Source of the DNA: Mobula hypostoma
Lineage: Eukaryota
NCBI RefSeq assembly: GCF_963921235.1
Contig: NC_086097.1
Span: 221,342,001-221,406,000, forward strand
Direction of reading: 5' to 3'
Length of the DNA: 64,000 bases
The position numbers and the translations under genes are program-made. Of the stretch, positions 12,248 through 26,785 are shown in pieces. The notes under the pieces are model-generated. The model was not told the DNA's origin and made no database searches. It saw nothing but the letters and a program-made list of their open reading frames with translations. The stretch's first letter is position 1, and the number at the start of each line of letters is the position of its first letter.

Positions 12248-13624
12248 TAATGCTTATACTGTAAATAGTATATATTTGTATTAGTTTTGCAAAGTAATTT
12301 GACAACCAATTCAATTGCTGTTTCCACTCTCAAATCCAATCATTTAAAATCTTTATAACGTCTGAAGTATGGCTTCTACCACACCCAGAGGTGGCAAGAC
12401 ATTTACCAATATTATGAATATCTGTTCCAATGCATGTATGATGTGAGCATTATTCTACTGGGACATGTTGGGCAGAGATGCATTTTTTGTTTGACTATTT
12501 GCCTCTTTCACAATCCAATTGCAATGCAAGAGCTGAACACATCGTTATAGTAATTACCTCATTCTGTTGGTAGATGGAACAAATCCTGCACAGATCCTGA
12601 CGTTACTAATACTTTGCACACTGTTTGTTTTGTTGATGCTACTTGTGATATTGGCAGAATGCTGTTGGTTATTAGATGTATATGTTCCTGTGGTGATTCA
12701 TTAGTACTACACACTAAAGATGAACCAAAGCATGCAGTGTGCCATGGCTGTGTGATTAATCAACTTTCCAGCTATCAAAAAGTCACCAGGCTTAAATGCA
12801 ACCACAATTGCAGATCAAATGATAATTGGAGCAACAGTATCATTTTCATAGTGCATCCATAAGCTAATAATGAAGGGTGTAGAAAATTAGAACTGCTACA
12901 ATGTATATTGCTTTAATTATTGGCATCAGAACAATTTTTAATTTAGAAATTAAATAAATTTGATTGTAATATGTACTGAAAATCTTGCAATAGAGAGAGA
13001 TAGGTTTGATGTCTTTTGTACTTTCTTAAATTAAACTAAAGCATAAAAGCAGAACCTTTCGGTACCAAATTAGAATCTTTAAAGATATTTGAGATGACTA
13101 CAGCTCACTTGGCCACGTGTCGTTTTGCAGTCGTACGAAGCACTTGACCACATGTCCATTTTGAAGCATCACTTATTTTACCATGTCATGGCTCTATGCT
13201 TTGAAAATATAGAATCAAATGATCACTTCAAATAAAAATATGACCAAGGTGATTAGAGTGGGCAGCATTCTCAAAAGGAATTGCTAGTGTTCAGACACCC
13301 CTGATTTCATACAAACTTGCTGTGAGCCTAGGTCGTACAGGGAGATGGAGGCCGACACACTCGTCATCCCTTCCACTCCTCTGCAGCCCAATTGCAGAGC
13401 CTGCATTGCTGTGATTCACCAGCATTACATCAGGGCCTATGGGAGCCCAGCTCAGGCCTTTGATCTGGGTTACTATTTATTGAAAGGGGAATCGTTGGTC
13501 TGTCTAGGAAGTTTTGTTTTAGTTCACTTAAATATTTTAGTCAGTTTATTTTAATATAGTTTTGATTTTTATCAATATTTAAAAGGATTTGAAAGACTGT
13601 AGCTGTTTACAAGAAGTTGAGTAG

Positions 13625-14510
13625 AATCGGAGAAAAATGTGAGGTCCGTTTTCATGAGCATAACAGAGAGGAAAGAGTATTTTTTAAGTGGTGAGAGATT
13701 AGGTGGTGTTGATGTTCAAGGAGACTTTGCTGGTGTACTGGTACACAAGTCACTGATGCCAACATGCAGGTGCAGCTGGTGATTAAGTGGATAAATAGCG
13801 TGCCATTCTTTATAAGAAGAGGATTTGATTGCAATGAGGAAGATTTGTTGCAGTTGTAAAGTGCAGTTATACCCAGAGTATTGTATTCATTTTTGGTCTC
13901 CTTACCTGATGAAAGAGTGACTTGCTATTGAGAAGGTATTGAGAAGGTTTTGCTTAACTGGTTCCAGACATATAGGAGTAAGCTGCATGAAGAGGGATCA
14001 AGTAAACCGGAACTGTTTCCTCTCAAGCAAAGAGTTAATTTATTGATTTGATTTAATTTAGAGATACAGCTTAGTAGCAGGCCCTTGCGGCCCAATGGGT
14101 CATGCTGCCCAATTATGTCTCTGTAACCAATTAACCTATTACCTCGTATGTCTTAGGAATGTGAGAGGAAACTGGAGCACCTGGAGAAAACCCACGCAGT
14201 CACGGGGAGAACGTTCAAACTCCTTAAGACAGCAGCGGGAATTGAACCCGTGTCGTTGATGCTGTAGAAGTGTTACACTAACTGTTGCGCTATCTTGCAC
14301 TTTGTTAAAAGGTATGGCAGATTAGCTGCGGGGGATAATCATGTGACTGGGGAGTCTAGGACCAGGGTCACAGTCTGAGAATAAGTGTTATTGGTAAGGG
14401 TGGTTAGGAATGAAAAGAGATCACATTCCTTCACTTATAGTGTAGGAGGCTCAGTCATTGAGTCCATTCAAAACAGAGATCCATAGATGTCTGAATATTT
14501 GGGGAATCAA
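13625..14510 (+). mobile_element. Old CR1 3' fragment interrupted by a V-SINE (about 14050-14297, minus)
   Basis: Decayed gagtattgt...ttttggtctcct and gagtctaggaccagggtcacagtct motifs. Reverse V-SINE core ggagcacctggagaaaacccacgcag. Confidence 0.65.
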
Positions 14511-15771
14511 ACATGTTAATCGGAGAAAAATGTGAGGTCTGTTTTCATGAGCATAACCGAGAGGAAAGAGTATTTTTTAAGTGGTGAGAGATTGGGTGGT
14601 GTTGATGTTCAAAGAGTCTTTGCTGGTGTACTGTTAATTGTTAATTGTTACCCCCGGTTCAGAGAAACATTCTCATTTCTATATACATTATATAGTTATA
14701 TATATTATATGCATGTATACAGTTAAATGACAATGAATTTCCATGAACTTGAAGGTGAGAGAGTGAAATGGGAATGGGGAATTGTGAAGGAGGCTGGTGG
14801 TGGGGGGGCCATTACCGGAAGTTTGAGGAATCGATGTTCATGCCATCAGGTTGGATGCTACCCAGACAAAATGTAAGGTGTTGCTCCTCCATCCTGAGTG
14901 TGGCCTCATCATGGCAGTAATGGAGGCCATGGACTGATGTCGGAATGGGAAGTAGAATTGAGATTTCGAACACCGTTTTATGGTAATGTTTCCCCCATTA
15001 TTGTCTTCTCCAATTAATTATTCTTCAGACATGAAATTTGTCTACATGGTGCCTGTTGTTTTAGAGCTACAATTTCCAGTTTTATTCTAAAATGATGCTT
15101 AATACGGGTGCACACATTTGGAAAATAAACTGCATCAGTCAGTGGAGTAGAAGCGTATTAATTTGTGACATACTCTTGCTTGCCAGAAATATTTAAAATG
15201 GGAAGCTCAAGTGTCAATCAATCAGCTGAATTGGTGCCAGGACCTCAAAAGTGCCACCAATACCATGAGCTCAATACACACCAGTGCAACAGGAAAACCC
15301 TTCTAGTTAAACTGATCAGCACTATCTTACATCGGTTCAAGTAAAATAGCACTGAATGCTTTTGTAGAAGCTCCAGCTGTTTTCAAAGAGACTGTTGTTG
15401 TAGTAAGAGGATGACATGCCTTTACCTGAACAGAAATTTACTGGTCGCCTCTATTAACATTTCCCTAAGACTGTAGTAAGAACTATAACCATTCCACTCC
15501 TCTACCATGCAGGCAGAAATGAGAAGGATCAAGAGGTTAATATTCTAGGGCAGTCTTTAGTTAGAAAAGAAGACAGGTATTTCCGCAATTGTAGGCACGA
15601 TTCCAGAACTGTAATTTGCCTCCCTAGTACTGGGGTCAATGATAGCAAAGAGCAGCAGAAGAAAATTCTGCAGGGAGAAAGTGAAAAGCCAAAGGTTGTG
15701 GTCAATTCTGGCAGTGGCTACATTGATAGGAAAAAACAAATGGCGGGGCTGCATACAAGCATGAAGGAGTA

Positions 15772-16330
15772 ATTATACTTTATACTTTATTGTCACCAAA
15801 CAATTGGTACTAGAACGTACAATCATCACAGCGATATTTAATTCTGGGCTTCACACTCCCTGGATTACAAATATTAAATATTAAAAATAGTTAAAATTAG
15901 TAAATATTAAAAATTTAAATTATAAGTCATAAATAGAAAATAGAAAAATGGGAAGTAAGATAGTGCAAAAAAACCGAGAGGCAGGTCTGGATATTTGGAG
16001 GATACGGCCCAGATCTGGGTCAGGATCTGTTCAGCAGTCTTATCACAGTTGGAAAGAAGCTGTTCCCAAATCTGGCCATACGAGTCTTCAAGCCCCTGAA
16101 CCTTGTCCCGGAGTGAAGAGGGACGAAAAGTCTGTTGGCTGGGTGGGTCGTGTCCTTGATTATCCTGGCAGCACTGCTCCGACAGCGTGCGGTATAAATT
16201 GAGTCCACGGACAGAAGATTGGTTTGTGTGATGTGCTGCGCCGTGTTCATGATCTTCTGCAGCTTCTTTCCGTCTTGGACAGGACAACTTCCATACCAGG
16301 TTGTGATGCTTTCTACGGTGCATCTATAGC
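15772..16330 (-). mobile_element. Rex-Babar-type LINE 3' fragment
   Basis: ORF 16020..16436 contains YRCTVESITTWYG...IIKDTTHPAN.LF.PLHSG.R...FGNSFFPTVIRLLN. Short (AAAGTAT)n tail. Confidence 0.8.
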
Positions 16331-16464
16331 TGTCTTCTGAAAAATATGACGTTTTTGATGTTGTAATATGAGACATGTGTATTGTTGATATAAATTTAGT
16401 ATGAAGAATACATTTAATGTCAGTGAAAGGAGACAAAATAGTCTACTTTGAAAGTAGTAGAAAG

Positions 16465-16895
16465 TGGGCCCTTATTTAAGAAAGGATGTGCTAACGTTGC
16501 TGAGGGTCCAGAGAAGATTCACAAAAATGATTCCTAAAATGAAAGGCTTATCATATGAGGAGTGGTTGAAGGCTCTGGACCTCTACTCGCTGGAATCTAG
16601 AAGAATGAGAAGGGATCTCATTGGAACTTATTGAATGTTGAGAGGCCTAGATAGTGTGGATGTGGAAAGGATGTTTCCTGTGGTAGGGGAGTCTAGACAA
16701 GGAGGCACAGCCTCAGAATAGAGATATGTCCACTTAGAATGGAGGTGAGGAGGAATTTCTTTAGCCAGAGGGCGGTGAATCTGCGGAATTTGTTGCAACA
16801 GGCCGCTGTGGAGGCCTGGTCATTGGGTGTATTTAAAGTGGAGGTTGATCGGTTCTTGGTTAGTCAGGGCATGAAAAGTTACTGAGAGTAGGCAG
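16465..16895 (+). mobile_element. Old CR1 3' fragment
   Basis: Decayed similarity to the young CR1 C-terminal region (aggaatttctttagccagagggcggtgaatctg). Confidence 0.7.
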
Positions 16896-18421
16896 AAGGC
16901 ACACACTCAATGATACAGCAGCAACTTCTTCCCCTCAGCCATATGATTCCTACAAAGACATTGAACCCATGAACACTATCTCACTTTTTTATATATATTA
17001 TTTCTGTTTTTGCGCTACTTTTAATCTATTTAATATACATATATATACTTACTGTAATTGATTTACTTATTTTTTCTTTCTATATTATCATGTATTGCAT
17101 TGAACTGCTGCTGCTAAATTAATAAATTTCACTGTACGTGCCAGTGATAATAAACCTGGTTCTGAACGAGGATAAGAGGGAAATATATCAGCCATGATGA
17201 AATGGTGGAGGAGACTCGATGGGCTGAATGGCCTAATTCTGTTCCTATGTCTTAACGTCTTATGGAAATATTACCAGGACCAGCTGAAATGTAAGTATTT
17301 TAAAAGAGGAGAAAAGTTGATTCATATCCCTTCCTGGCTACAGAAGGACTGCCATTGTTTAGTAAGGAATGACAGACTTGTCATTAGAATCAATACCAAA
17401 AGGGAAGTTTCAGGCTGACAACGTAATATTTTGAGCAGGTAAACCAAGAAGGTTAATGAGGACAATATATGGTTACTTGTGGCAGTGTGATTAAAAAGAA
17501 AAGTTCCTTGGATCTGTGGGAGAATGGCAAATTTTCTACAAAATGTTCCCCATGGCAGGAAGCAGATGATATTTGCTGATGATAATGCAACTGGAAGGCT
17601 GTGACCAACTGGCTCCACAGAGTTCAGCTCCTGGCCCATTATTGTTGGTAGTGATTCTGGCTAAATGTAACTGTTGGGATGGTTCCTTTATTAGCTGTGT
17701 CATGCACTTTAAGAACAGGTAGTTTATGCTAGAACTGTACACAAAGCTAGTTAGGCTACAGCTTAAGTACCGTCTTCAGTTCTGCTCAATACACAAAAGG
17801 AAGATACGCTTGCATTGGAGGGAAGCAGAGGGCAATTATAAAGGACTGAGAGATGGTACATGAGCAAAGATTGGATAAAACAGGCTTCTTTTTCTCTGGA
17901 GCAGTGGAAGCAGAAGGTATAAAATCATGAGCGCCCAAAACAGATCCATAAACCAGGAGACACAGATTGAAAGTATGTATAAAAGAATGAGGAGATATTA
18001 ACTAATTTGTTGTCAATGGGCTAAATGACCTCCCTTTATGATGTAAATGTTCAAAGTTTCAAAGGTTCAAAGGCTCGTTTTACTCCCAAAGTACGTATGC
18101 CGAAAACAACTCTCCAGATAGTGATAAAATACAGAAAACCATAAAAGTAGTTGAAAGAAAGACATCAATCCCCCTTGTGCTCTAGTTGTAATCCCCCCCC
18201 GCATGAAAAGAAAAAGAAGCAAAAATTTGCAAACCCCCAAACCCTCCCTCACACAAAGAAAACAAATCACCCACATAGAGAAACAGCAGCAAGAGCTTCA
18301 AACCCGAACCCCCAGACCGCCATTCGGCAACAAGAATGAATGGGCGCGAGAGCACGAAAAAAAACATAGAACTGAAAGAGGCCGATATGAACTACAGTCC
18401 AATCCATAAATCTCAGAATTT

Positions 18422-20125
18422 CATAGAAACATAGAAACATAGAAAATAGGTGCAGGAGTAGGCCATTCGGCCCTTCGAGCCTGCACCGCCATTTATTATG
18501 ATCATGGCTGATCCTCCAACTCAGAACCCTGTACCAGCCTTCCCTCCATACCCCTTGACCCCTGTAGCCACAAGGGCCATATCTAACTCCCTCTTAAATA
18601 TAGCCAATGAACTGGCCTCAACTGTTTCCTGTGGCAGAGAATTCCACAGATTCACCACTCTCTGTGTGAAGAAGTTTTTCCTAATCTCGGTCCTAAAAGG
18701 CTTCCCCTCTATCCTCAAACTGTGGCCCCTCGTTCTGGACTTCCCCAACATCAGGAACAATCTTCCTGCATCTAGCCTGTCCAATCCCTTTAGGATCTTA
18801 TACGTTTCAATCAGATCCCCCCTCAATCTTTTAAATTCCAACGAGTACAAGCCCAGTTCATCCAGTCTTTCTTCATATGAAAGTCCTGCCATCCCAGGAA
18901 TCAATCTGGTGAACCTTCTTTGTACTCCCTCTATGGCAAGGATGTCTTTCCTCAGATTAGGGGACCAAAACTGCACACAATACTCCAGGTGTGGTCTCAC
19001 CAAGGCCTTGTACAACTGCAGTAGTACCTCCCTGCTCCTGTACTCGAATCCTCTCGCTATAAATGCCAGCATACCATTCGCCTTTTTCACAGCCTGCTGT
19101 ACCTGCATGCCCACGTTCAATGACTGGTGTATAATGACACCCAGGTCTCGTTGCACCTCCCCTTTTCCTAATCGGCCACCATTCAGATAATAATCTGTTT
19201 TCCTATTTTTGCCACCAAAGTGGATAACTTCACATTTATCCACATTAAATTGCATCTGCCATGAATTTGCCCACTCACCCAACCTATCCAAGTCACCCTG
19301 CATCCTCTTAGCATCCTCCTCACAACTAACACTGCCACCCAGCTTCGTGTCATCCGCAAACTTGGAGATGCTGCATTTAATTCCCTCATCCAAGTCATTA
19401 ATATATATTGTAAACAACTGGGGTCCCAGCACTGAGCCTTGTGGTACCCCACTAGTCACCGCCTGCCATTCTGAAAAGGTCCCGTTTATTCCCACTCTTT
19501 GCTTCCTGTCTGCTAACCAATTCTCCACCCACACCAATCCCTTACCCCCAATACTGTGTGCTTTAAGTTTGCACACTAATCTCCTGTGTGGGACCTTGTC
19601 AAAAGCCTTTTGAAAATCCAAATATACCACATCCACTGGTTCTCCCCTATCCACTCTACTAGTTACATCCTCAAAAAATTCTATGAGATTCGTCAGACAT
19701 GATTTTCCTTTCACAAATCCATGCTGACTTTGTCCGATGATTTCACCGCTTTCCAAATGTGCCGTTATCACATCTTTGATAACTGACTCCAGCAGTTTCC
19801 CCACCACCGACGTTAGGCTAACCGGTCTATAATTCCCCGGTTTCTCTCTCCCTTCTTTTTTAAAAAGTGGAGTTACATTAGCCACCCTCCAATCCTCAGG
19901 AACTAGTCCAGCATCTAAAAAGTTTTGAAAAATTATCACTAATGCATCCACTATTTCTTGGGCTACTTCCTTAAACACTCTAAGATGCAGACCATCTGGC
20001 CCTGGGGATTTATCTTCCTTCAATCCCTTCAATTTACCTAACACCACTTCCCTACTAACATGTATTTCACTCAGTTCCTCCATCCCACTGGACCCTCTGT
20101 CCCCTACTATTTCTGGAAGATTATT
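18422..20125 (-). mobile_element. Young CR1 LINE, 5'-truncated, with open RT-domain ORF 18521..20083
   Basis: 520-aa ORF with [39 protein letters not shown]. (TTTCTATG)n 3' tail. Possible atttca duplication at the ends. Confidence 0.95.
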
Positions 20126-21679
20126 ATTTCAGTAACAACTCCGAGAGCATCGGGAGCCAGCGGCCCTCCGAAGGCAGTGACTCAAACCAACAGTCCCTCT
20201 GAGGGAAGCGACTCAAATCAGGGGCATCTCCAAGGGTAACGGCCGCTCCGAGGGCAGCAACATGAACCAGCTGCCCCTCCGAGGGCATTTCCATGATCCT
20301 GTGGAGATCCAATGTATTAATATAAATGAATACATCAGAATAAATATATAGAACATTACCTTGTTATTCCTCTTTCATGCCATTTATTTATTTTTGTATC
20401 TTATAGTATTATTTTTGTCTTACACTGTGGTTGGCATCTGTCTGTCTCAAAGGACAATGGGTGATGATGATGATCATCATCGCAAGCCTGGGTGGAAGGT
20501 ATGGAGATCCCGAGATGCCCAGTCATCGAGATCCCCCTCTCGGCCTCTCCAGTGTAGTCCAAAGGAAAACTTATAAAACAATCTGTTTGACACCAGCTTG
20601 GCTGCAGGAGCTGCCAGAAGGACATTCAATGATGTCCAACCTCCTTAGGGGCTCCACTCTGGATTTGCTGTCTGGGTTTACTCCCACAGCTTTCATCTCT
20701 CCTGAGACTGCCCACAGGCAGTGGGGCCATTTACCCATAGCTGGGAATCTGGTTCACGAGCACCAGTGACCTGCATGCTCTGTGTACAGGGGCCAGACCT
20801 TCTCCCTGTCCTTTGTAGTTCAACCCGAGTCTGAAAGGGGTCCAGTTTGCGTGTGTCACAGCGAGGAGGCACTACGTGAGGCTTGCTGTTGGAGAGGCTC
20901 TGTACTGGCAGGGAGAGACTTACAGACTCCGCTCTCCTTTTTGCAAGACTGCTAGCCAGTGGTGGAAGCTGAAAGTGGGAGTGACAAGCGCTACCCACCA
21001 CACCACCACGCTAGACGCATCACAACAACCATTTTGACACTATACTGCTGCCACAAAACAACAAGTTTCATGAGGTATGTCAGTGATTATTGGGAAATGA
21101 GTGCCGTCGCTGGCTGTCTCCATCTGAAGGAAACCAAACATGTTGGTTAAGCTCAGCAACTGAGATCCCACCTGATCCCACCTGATCCCACTGAAGTTGA
21201 TGATACTGTTTCTTCACGAATAACACTTTCTTCATTTTGGCTGACCTTTCTGGTGATAGTGGAAGGCACAGTAAAGACATGCAGTGGCTGCTGGGAAATA
21301 TGTCATAGTGAGGGAGTTCAGCATTAATGTGACATTAACCTTGATAGAGGGTGCCTCGGACAGAAAAATGTGGCTGAATGGCTTCCACAGCATGGTGATG
21401 ACAGTCTTGGAAAATCTCAGCCTAATCATCAGAGGGCCCAGGCACAGTGTGATGTCTTTAAAGACTCTCTAACAGTAGCTTTTTATCGATGGGAAGGTAT
21501 TTGCTTCTTCCCTGAGTGACTTGCTATTGTCCTTCTAAAAGGTCCAGTAATGGTGTTTATATTGTTACCACTGAGATACCATTAACTAGAGTATCTCAAA
21601 AGTGTATAATTACAATGCTTAAAAGACTTTTTGACAGGTTCATAGATAGGAAAGTTTTTGAGGGTTGAAGGCCAAATGT

Positions 21680-22243
21680 GGGCGAATAATCAGAATCAGG
21701 TTTAATATTACCAGCATATGTCATGAAATTTGCTAATTTTGCAGCAGGAGTACAGTGCAATACACGATAATAGAGAGAAAAAATAAAAGTGGGAATTACA
21801 GTAAGTATACAGTATACATTAAATAGTGGTGCAAAGAAAGGGAAGGAAGGTAGTGAGGTAGTGTTCATGGGTTCAATTTCCATTCAGAAATCTGATGATG
21901 GGGGTGGTGGCGGGGGGGAGAGGCCGTTCCTCAGTCACTGAGTGTGAGCCTTCAGGCTTCTGGACCTCCTTCCTGATGGTAGCAATGAGAAGAGGGCATG
22001 CCCTGGATGGCAGGGCTCCTTAATGTCCTGAATAGTACGGAGGCTGGTGCCCATGACGGAGCTGACTAATTTTACAACTCTGCAGCATATTTTGATCCTG
22101 TGCATAATCCACCCCCCCAGCCCCCTACTCCCACTCCAGACAGTGATGCAGCCTGTGGAAATCTGCGAGTGTTTTAGGGGACATACCAAATCTCCTCAAA
22201 TTCCTAATGAAATATAGCCGCTGTCTTGCCTTCTTTATAGCTA
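21680..22243 (-). mobile_element. Rex-Babar-type LINE 3' remnant
   Basis: GCITVW...HPGHALFSLLPSGRR motif and ctgattctga tail. Confidence 0.7.
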
Positions 22244-24928
22244 ATGTAGACAGACATTTTTACAGCATGAATGAGATGGCCCGAAGAGTCTGCTTCCTTG
22301 CTGTATGACAATATTGTTACAGATGGAGAAAACATCTTGGTCAGTTTAAGCTTTTTAGGTTTTGGAAGAGGTCTGAACAGACTGCAGTGAATTGTGAAGC
22401 TGCCCAGGCAGGCTTCCCAATATTAGCACACTGTCCATTTAAATTATGGCAAAGGCAATGAACTATTGAGGCCGTTCCATAATGGTTGTAGTGTGGAGCT
22501 TTGAGCTGCATTTCATGTTGGAGCAGGCAGATGTGGTGATTACTCAGGTAATGAAGCCATTAGCCGCGCATCTGAAACTGGGAAAAAGGTCAGGCACACT
22601 GACTTGGATCATGTAAGGAAGTGCCAGGTCCAATTTTGTGATCAGTGGAATCTCAGCAGGAAATAATCACCACTGCAATCTACTCAAGGTAAAATCAATT
22701 TTTGCGCACTTAGCACTTAACAAGCGGCACCATTGTATCGAAAGCTCTTGATTACTGGTCTTAAATACCACTACCCTCAGCTCTTATTAACTGAACTTCT
22801 GTTTTAAAAGGAAATTATTTATCAGTTCTTTTCCCAAAATATTTATTTTCTCAAACTTTGGAAAACAGCCATCCTTCAATTGTTTCTAACCTATTAAAGG
22901 AATGGAATGATTTAAAGAAAAGTAATGTTACTTTTAGAAGGAAGGCAGACCACATGATTTGTACATACTGCATCAAAGCACAGTATTTTGTATTTTACCA
23001 ATTGGTGTGAAAAGTCTTTTGTAGTCTTTGTGCTTATCTGCTATAATTTGTGATGTGGTAGTTCCTGTCACCAATATGGGTTAATCTCTTGACATAATTG
23101 CAGTAAGCATTCTGAGTAAATGAATACTGGGGAAATCAATGGAACAGTGTGTAAACCAGAAAGGTGACAGGTTGCATCACCTACTGGTATGGAACCTCCG
23201 GTTCAGAGGACTACAAGAGACTGCAGATGGTTATGGGCTCCGGCCAGCTCCATCACAGGCACAACCCTCCCCACCACGGAGGAAGGGGCGGTTGGCTCAC
23301 AAATAGAGAAAGCTTGTAGGCAGTGTGAGAGGGAAGATAGGCAGGTGTAGGAGAAGGATGCGCTCAGACTGATGGTTTGAGATGTTTCTATTTTAATGCA
23401 AGGAATATCATGAACAAAGTGGATGAGTTTAGAGCATGGATCAGTGCTTGGAGTTATGATGTTGTGGCCATTACAGAGACTTGGGTGGCTCAGGGGCAGG
23501 AATGGCTACTTCGAGTACCAGGCTTCCGATGTCTCAGAAAGGACAGGGAGGGAGGCAAAAGAGGTGGGGACGTGGCACTGTTGATCAGAGATAGTGTCAT
23601 GGCTGAAGAAAAGGAGGAAGTCATGGAGGGATTGTCTACGGAGTCTCTGTGGGTGGAAGTTAGAAACAGGAAGGGATCGATAACTCTACTAGGTGTTTTT
23701 GATAGACCGCCCAATAGTAACAGGGACATTGAGGAGCAGATTGGGAGACAAATTCTGGAAAAGTGCAATAAAAACAGTGTTGTCATGAAGGGAGATTTTA
23801 ATTTCCCCAATATTGATTGTCATCTCCCTAGAGCGAGGAGTTTAGATTGGGTGGAGTTCGTTAGGTGTGTTCAGGAAGGTTTCCTGACACAATATGTAGA
23901 TAAGCCTGCAAGAGGAGAGGTTGTACTTGATCCGGTATTGAGAAATGAACCTGGTCAGGTGTCAGCTCTCTTAATGGGAGAGTGTTTTGGAGATAGTGAT
24001 CACAATTCTATCTCCTTTACCATAGCATTAGAGAGGGATAGGAGTAGACAAGTTAGGAAAATATTTAATTGGAGTAAGGGGAAATATGAGGCTATCAGGC
24101 AGGAACTTGGAAGCACAAATTGGGAGCAGATGTTCTCAGGGAAATATATGGCAGAAATGTGGCAAATGTTCAGGGGATATTTACGTGGAGTTCTGCATAG
24201 ATACGTTCCAATGAGACAGGGAAAGGATGGTAGGCTACAGGAACAGTGGTGTACAAAGGCTGTTGAAAGTCTAGTCAAGAAGAAAAGAAAAGCTTAAGGA
24301 AGGTTCAAAAAACTAGGTAATGATAGAGATCTAGAAAATTATAAGGCTAGCAGGAAGGAGCTTAAGAATGAAATTAGGAGAGCCAGAAGGGGTCATGAGA
24401 AGGCCTTGGCGAGCAGGATTAAGGAAAACCGCAAGGCATTCTACAAATATGTGAAGAGCAAGAGGCTAAGATGTGAAAGAATATGACCAATAAATCGTGA
24501 TAGTGGAAAAGTGTGTATAGAACCAGAGGGTGTAGTGGAGGTACTTAATGAATACTTAGCTTCAGTATTCACTATGGAAAAGGATCTTGGTGATTGTAGG
24601 GATGACTTACAGTGGACTGAAAAGCTGGAGCGTATAGACATTAAGAAAGGCAATGTGCTGGAGCTTTTGGAAAGCATCAATTTGAAAAAGTCACCAGGAC
24701 CAGACGAGATATACCTCAGGCTATTGTGAGAGGCAAGGCAGGAAGGAGATTGCTGAGCCGCTGGCAATAATCTTTGCATCATCAATAATGATGAGAGAGG
24801 TTCCGGAGGACTGGAGGTTGCAGCTATAGTTCCCTTATTCAAGAAAGGGAGTAGAGATAGCCCAGGAAATTATAGACCAATGAGTCTTACTTCATTAGTT
24901 GGTAAGTAGATGGAGAAGATCCTGAGAG

Positions 24929-25801
24929 TGTCACGGTCCGGTCTGTTGACTCTTCATTTTATTTAATTTCCTTTTCCCCGTGTTTTACCTGGCTCCGTGA
25001 TTAAGGTACCTGATTCTCATCTGAACTGGCAACATAAAAAGTCTGGCTTACATCTACTCGGGGCTGGTCTGTCATACCTCAGCCAGAGCGGCAATGCACG
25101 TTCTGGGCCGCCAAGAATAGTGGACTCTAAGTTGCTTCGGTGCCTGGGGTGGCTTTGGGAATTCTGTTGTTTTTGTGTCCAGCTGAGTGTTGCTGGCCGT
25201 TTGCGGCTACTCCGAGTCAGGAACTCTGTCCCTTCGTGTCCAGTTAAGTGATTGCTGGCCGTTTGCCGCATCAGGTGCTACTCCGTGTCAAGATACGAAT
25301 TGTCTGTCGTTGTTTAGTTTTTGTCCTCTGGTGCCCAGCTGAGAATTGCTGGCCGTTTGCCGCTACTTCGTGTCAAGACACGAATTGACTGTCGTTGTTT
25401 GGTTTTGTCGCTCCGTGTCCAATACCAAGTCCAGGATCCGTGTCCGAGTCCGAGTCCAGGCTCCGTGTCCGAGTCCGAGTCCAGGCTCCGTGTCCGTGTC
25501 GAAGTCCAGGCTCCGTGTCTGTGTCCAGGCTAGTGTCCAAGTCCGAGTCCTGGTTCTGTGTCTGAGTCCAAGTCCAGGCTCCATGTCCGTGTCCAAGTCT
25601 AGGCTCCGAGTCCAAGTCCAGGCTCCAAGACCAAGCTCCGGGTCCAGGCTCCTCCGGTTTGTTGTCCAATGTCCACGTCCACGTAAGCATCTAATCCTTG
25701 CTCTCTGGCTTTCCTTGCAACAATTAATAAAGACATTTCTGTTAATGCTACCTACCTGTCGGTGTCCTGCACTTGGGTCTGCTTCCAACAACCATGTAAC
25801 A
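24929..25801 (+). mobile_element. Solo LTR (873 bp), probably Gypsy-type
   Basis: TGTCAC...GTAACA termini, 5-bp TSD GAGAG (24924-24928, 25802-25806), AATAAA near 25725, internal tandem gtccgagtccaggctcc repeats. CR1 sequence is continuous across it. Confidence 0.88.
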
Positions 25802-26785
25802 GAGAGGCAGGACTTATGAATATTTGGAGAGGTACAATATGATTAGGAATAGTCAGCATGGCTTTGTCAAAGGCAGGCCATGCGTTACAAGCCTGACTGA
25901 ATTTTTTGAGGATGTGACTATACACGTTGATGAAGGTAGAGCAGTAGATGTAGCGTATATGGATTTCAGCAAGGCACTTCATAAGGTACTCCATTCAAGG
26001 CTTATTGAGAAGGTAAGGAGGCATGGGATCCAAGAGGACCTTGCTTTGTGGATCCAGAATTGGCTTGCTCACAGAAGGCAAAGAGTGGTTGTAGACAGGT
26101 CATATTCTGCATGGAGGTCAGTGACCAGTGGTGTGCCTCAGGGATCTGTTCTGGGACCCCTCCGCTTCATGATTTTTATAAATGATCTGGATTGTAGAAG
26201 TGGAGGGATGGGTTAGTAAATTTGCTGATGACACAATGGTTGAGGGTGTTGTGGATAGTATGGAGGTTGTCAGAGGTTACAGTGGGATATCAATACGATG
26301 CAAAACTGGGCTGAGAAGTGGCAGATGGAGTTCAACCATGATAAGTATGAGGTGGTTCATTTTAGTAGGTCAAATATGATGGCAGAATATAGTATTAATG
26401 ATAAGACTCTTGGCAATGTGGAGTATCAGAGGGATCTTGGGGTCCATGTCCATAGGACACTCAAAGCTGCTGCACAAGTTGACTGTGTGGTTAAGAAAGC
26501 ATATGTTACAGCTATATAAGACCCTGGTCAGACCCCACTTGGAGTACTGTGCTCAGTTCTGGTCACCTCACTACAGGAAGGATGTGGAAATTTTAGAAGG
26601 GATGCAGAGGAAATTTACAAGGATTTTGCCTGGATTGGGAAGCATGCCTTATGAGAATAAGTTGAGTGAACTTGGCCTTTTCTCCTTGGAGCGACGAAGG
26701 ATGAGAGGTGACCTGATAGAGGTGTATAAGTTGAGGAGAGGCATTGATCATGTGGATAGTCAGAGGCTTTTTTCCCAGGACTGAA

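Noticed and set aside
18498..19613. Long plus-strand ORFs (230 aa, 134 aa) and their equivalents in other copies
   Set aside because: Antisense shadows of the CR1 RT frame.
20404..20995. GC-richer block with small ORFs
   Set aside because: Looks like an interspersed repeat, but I could not assign a family or support a coding role.
25321..25819. Pro/Ser-rich ORFs and a CRISPR-like look of spaced repeats
   Set aside because: Internal LTR repeats. There is no constant repeat with unique spacers, no cas genes, and the context is eukaryotic.
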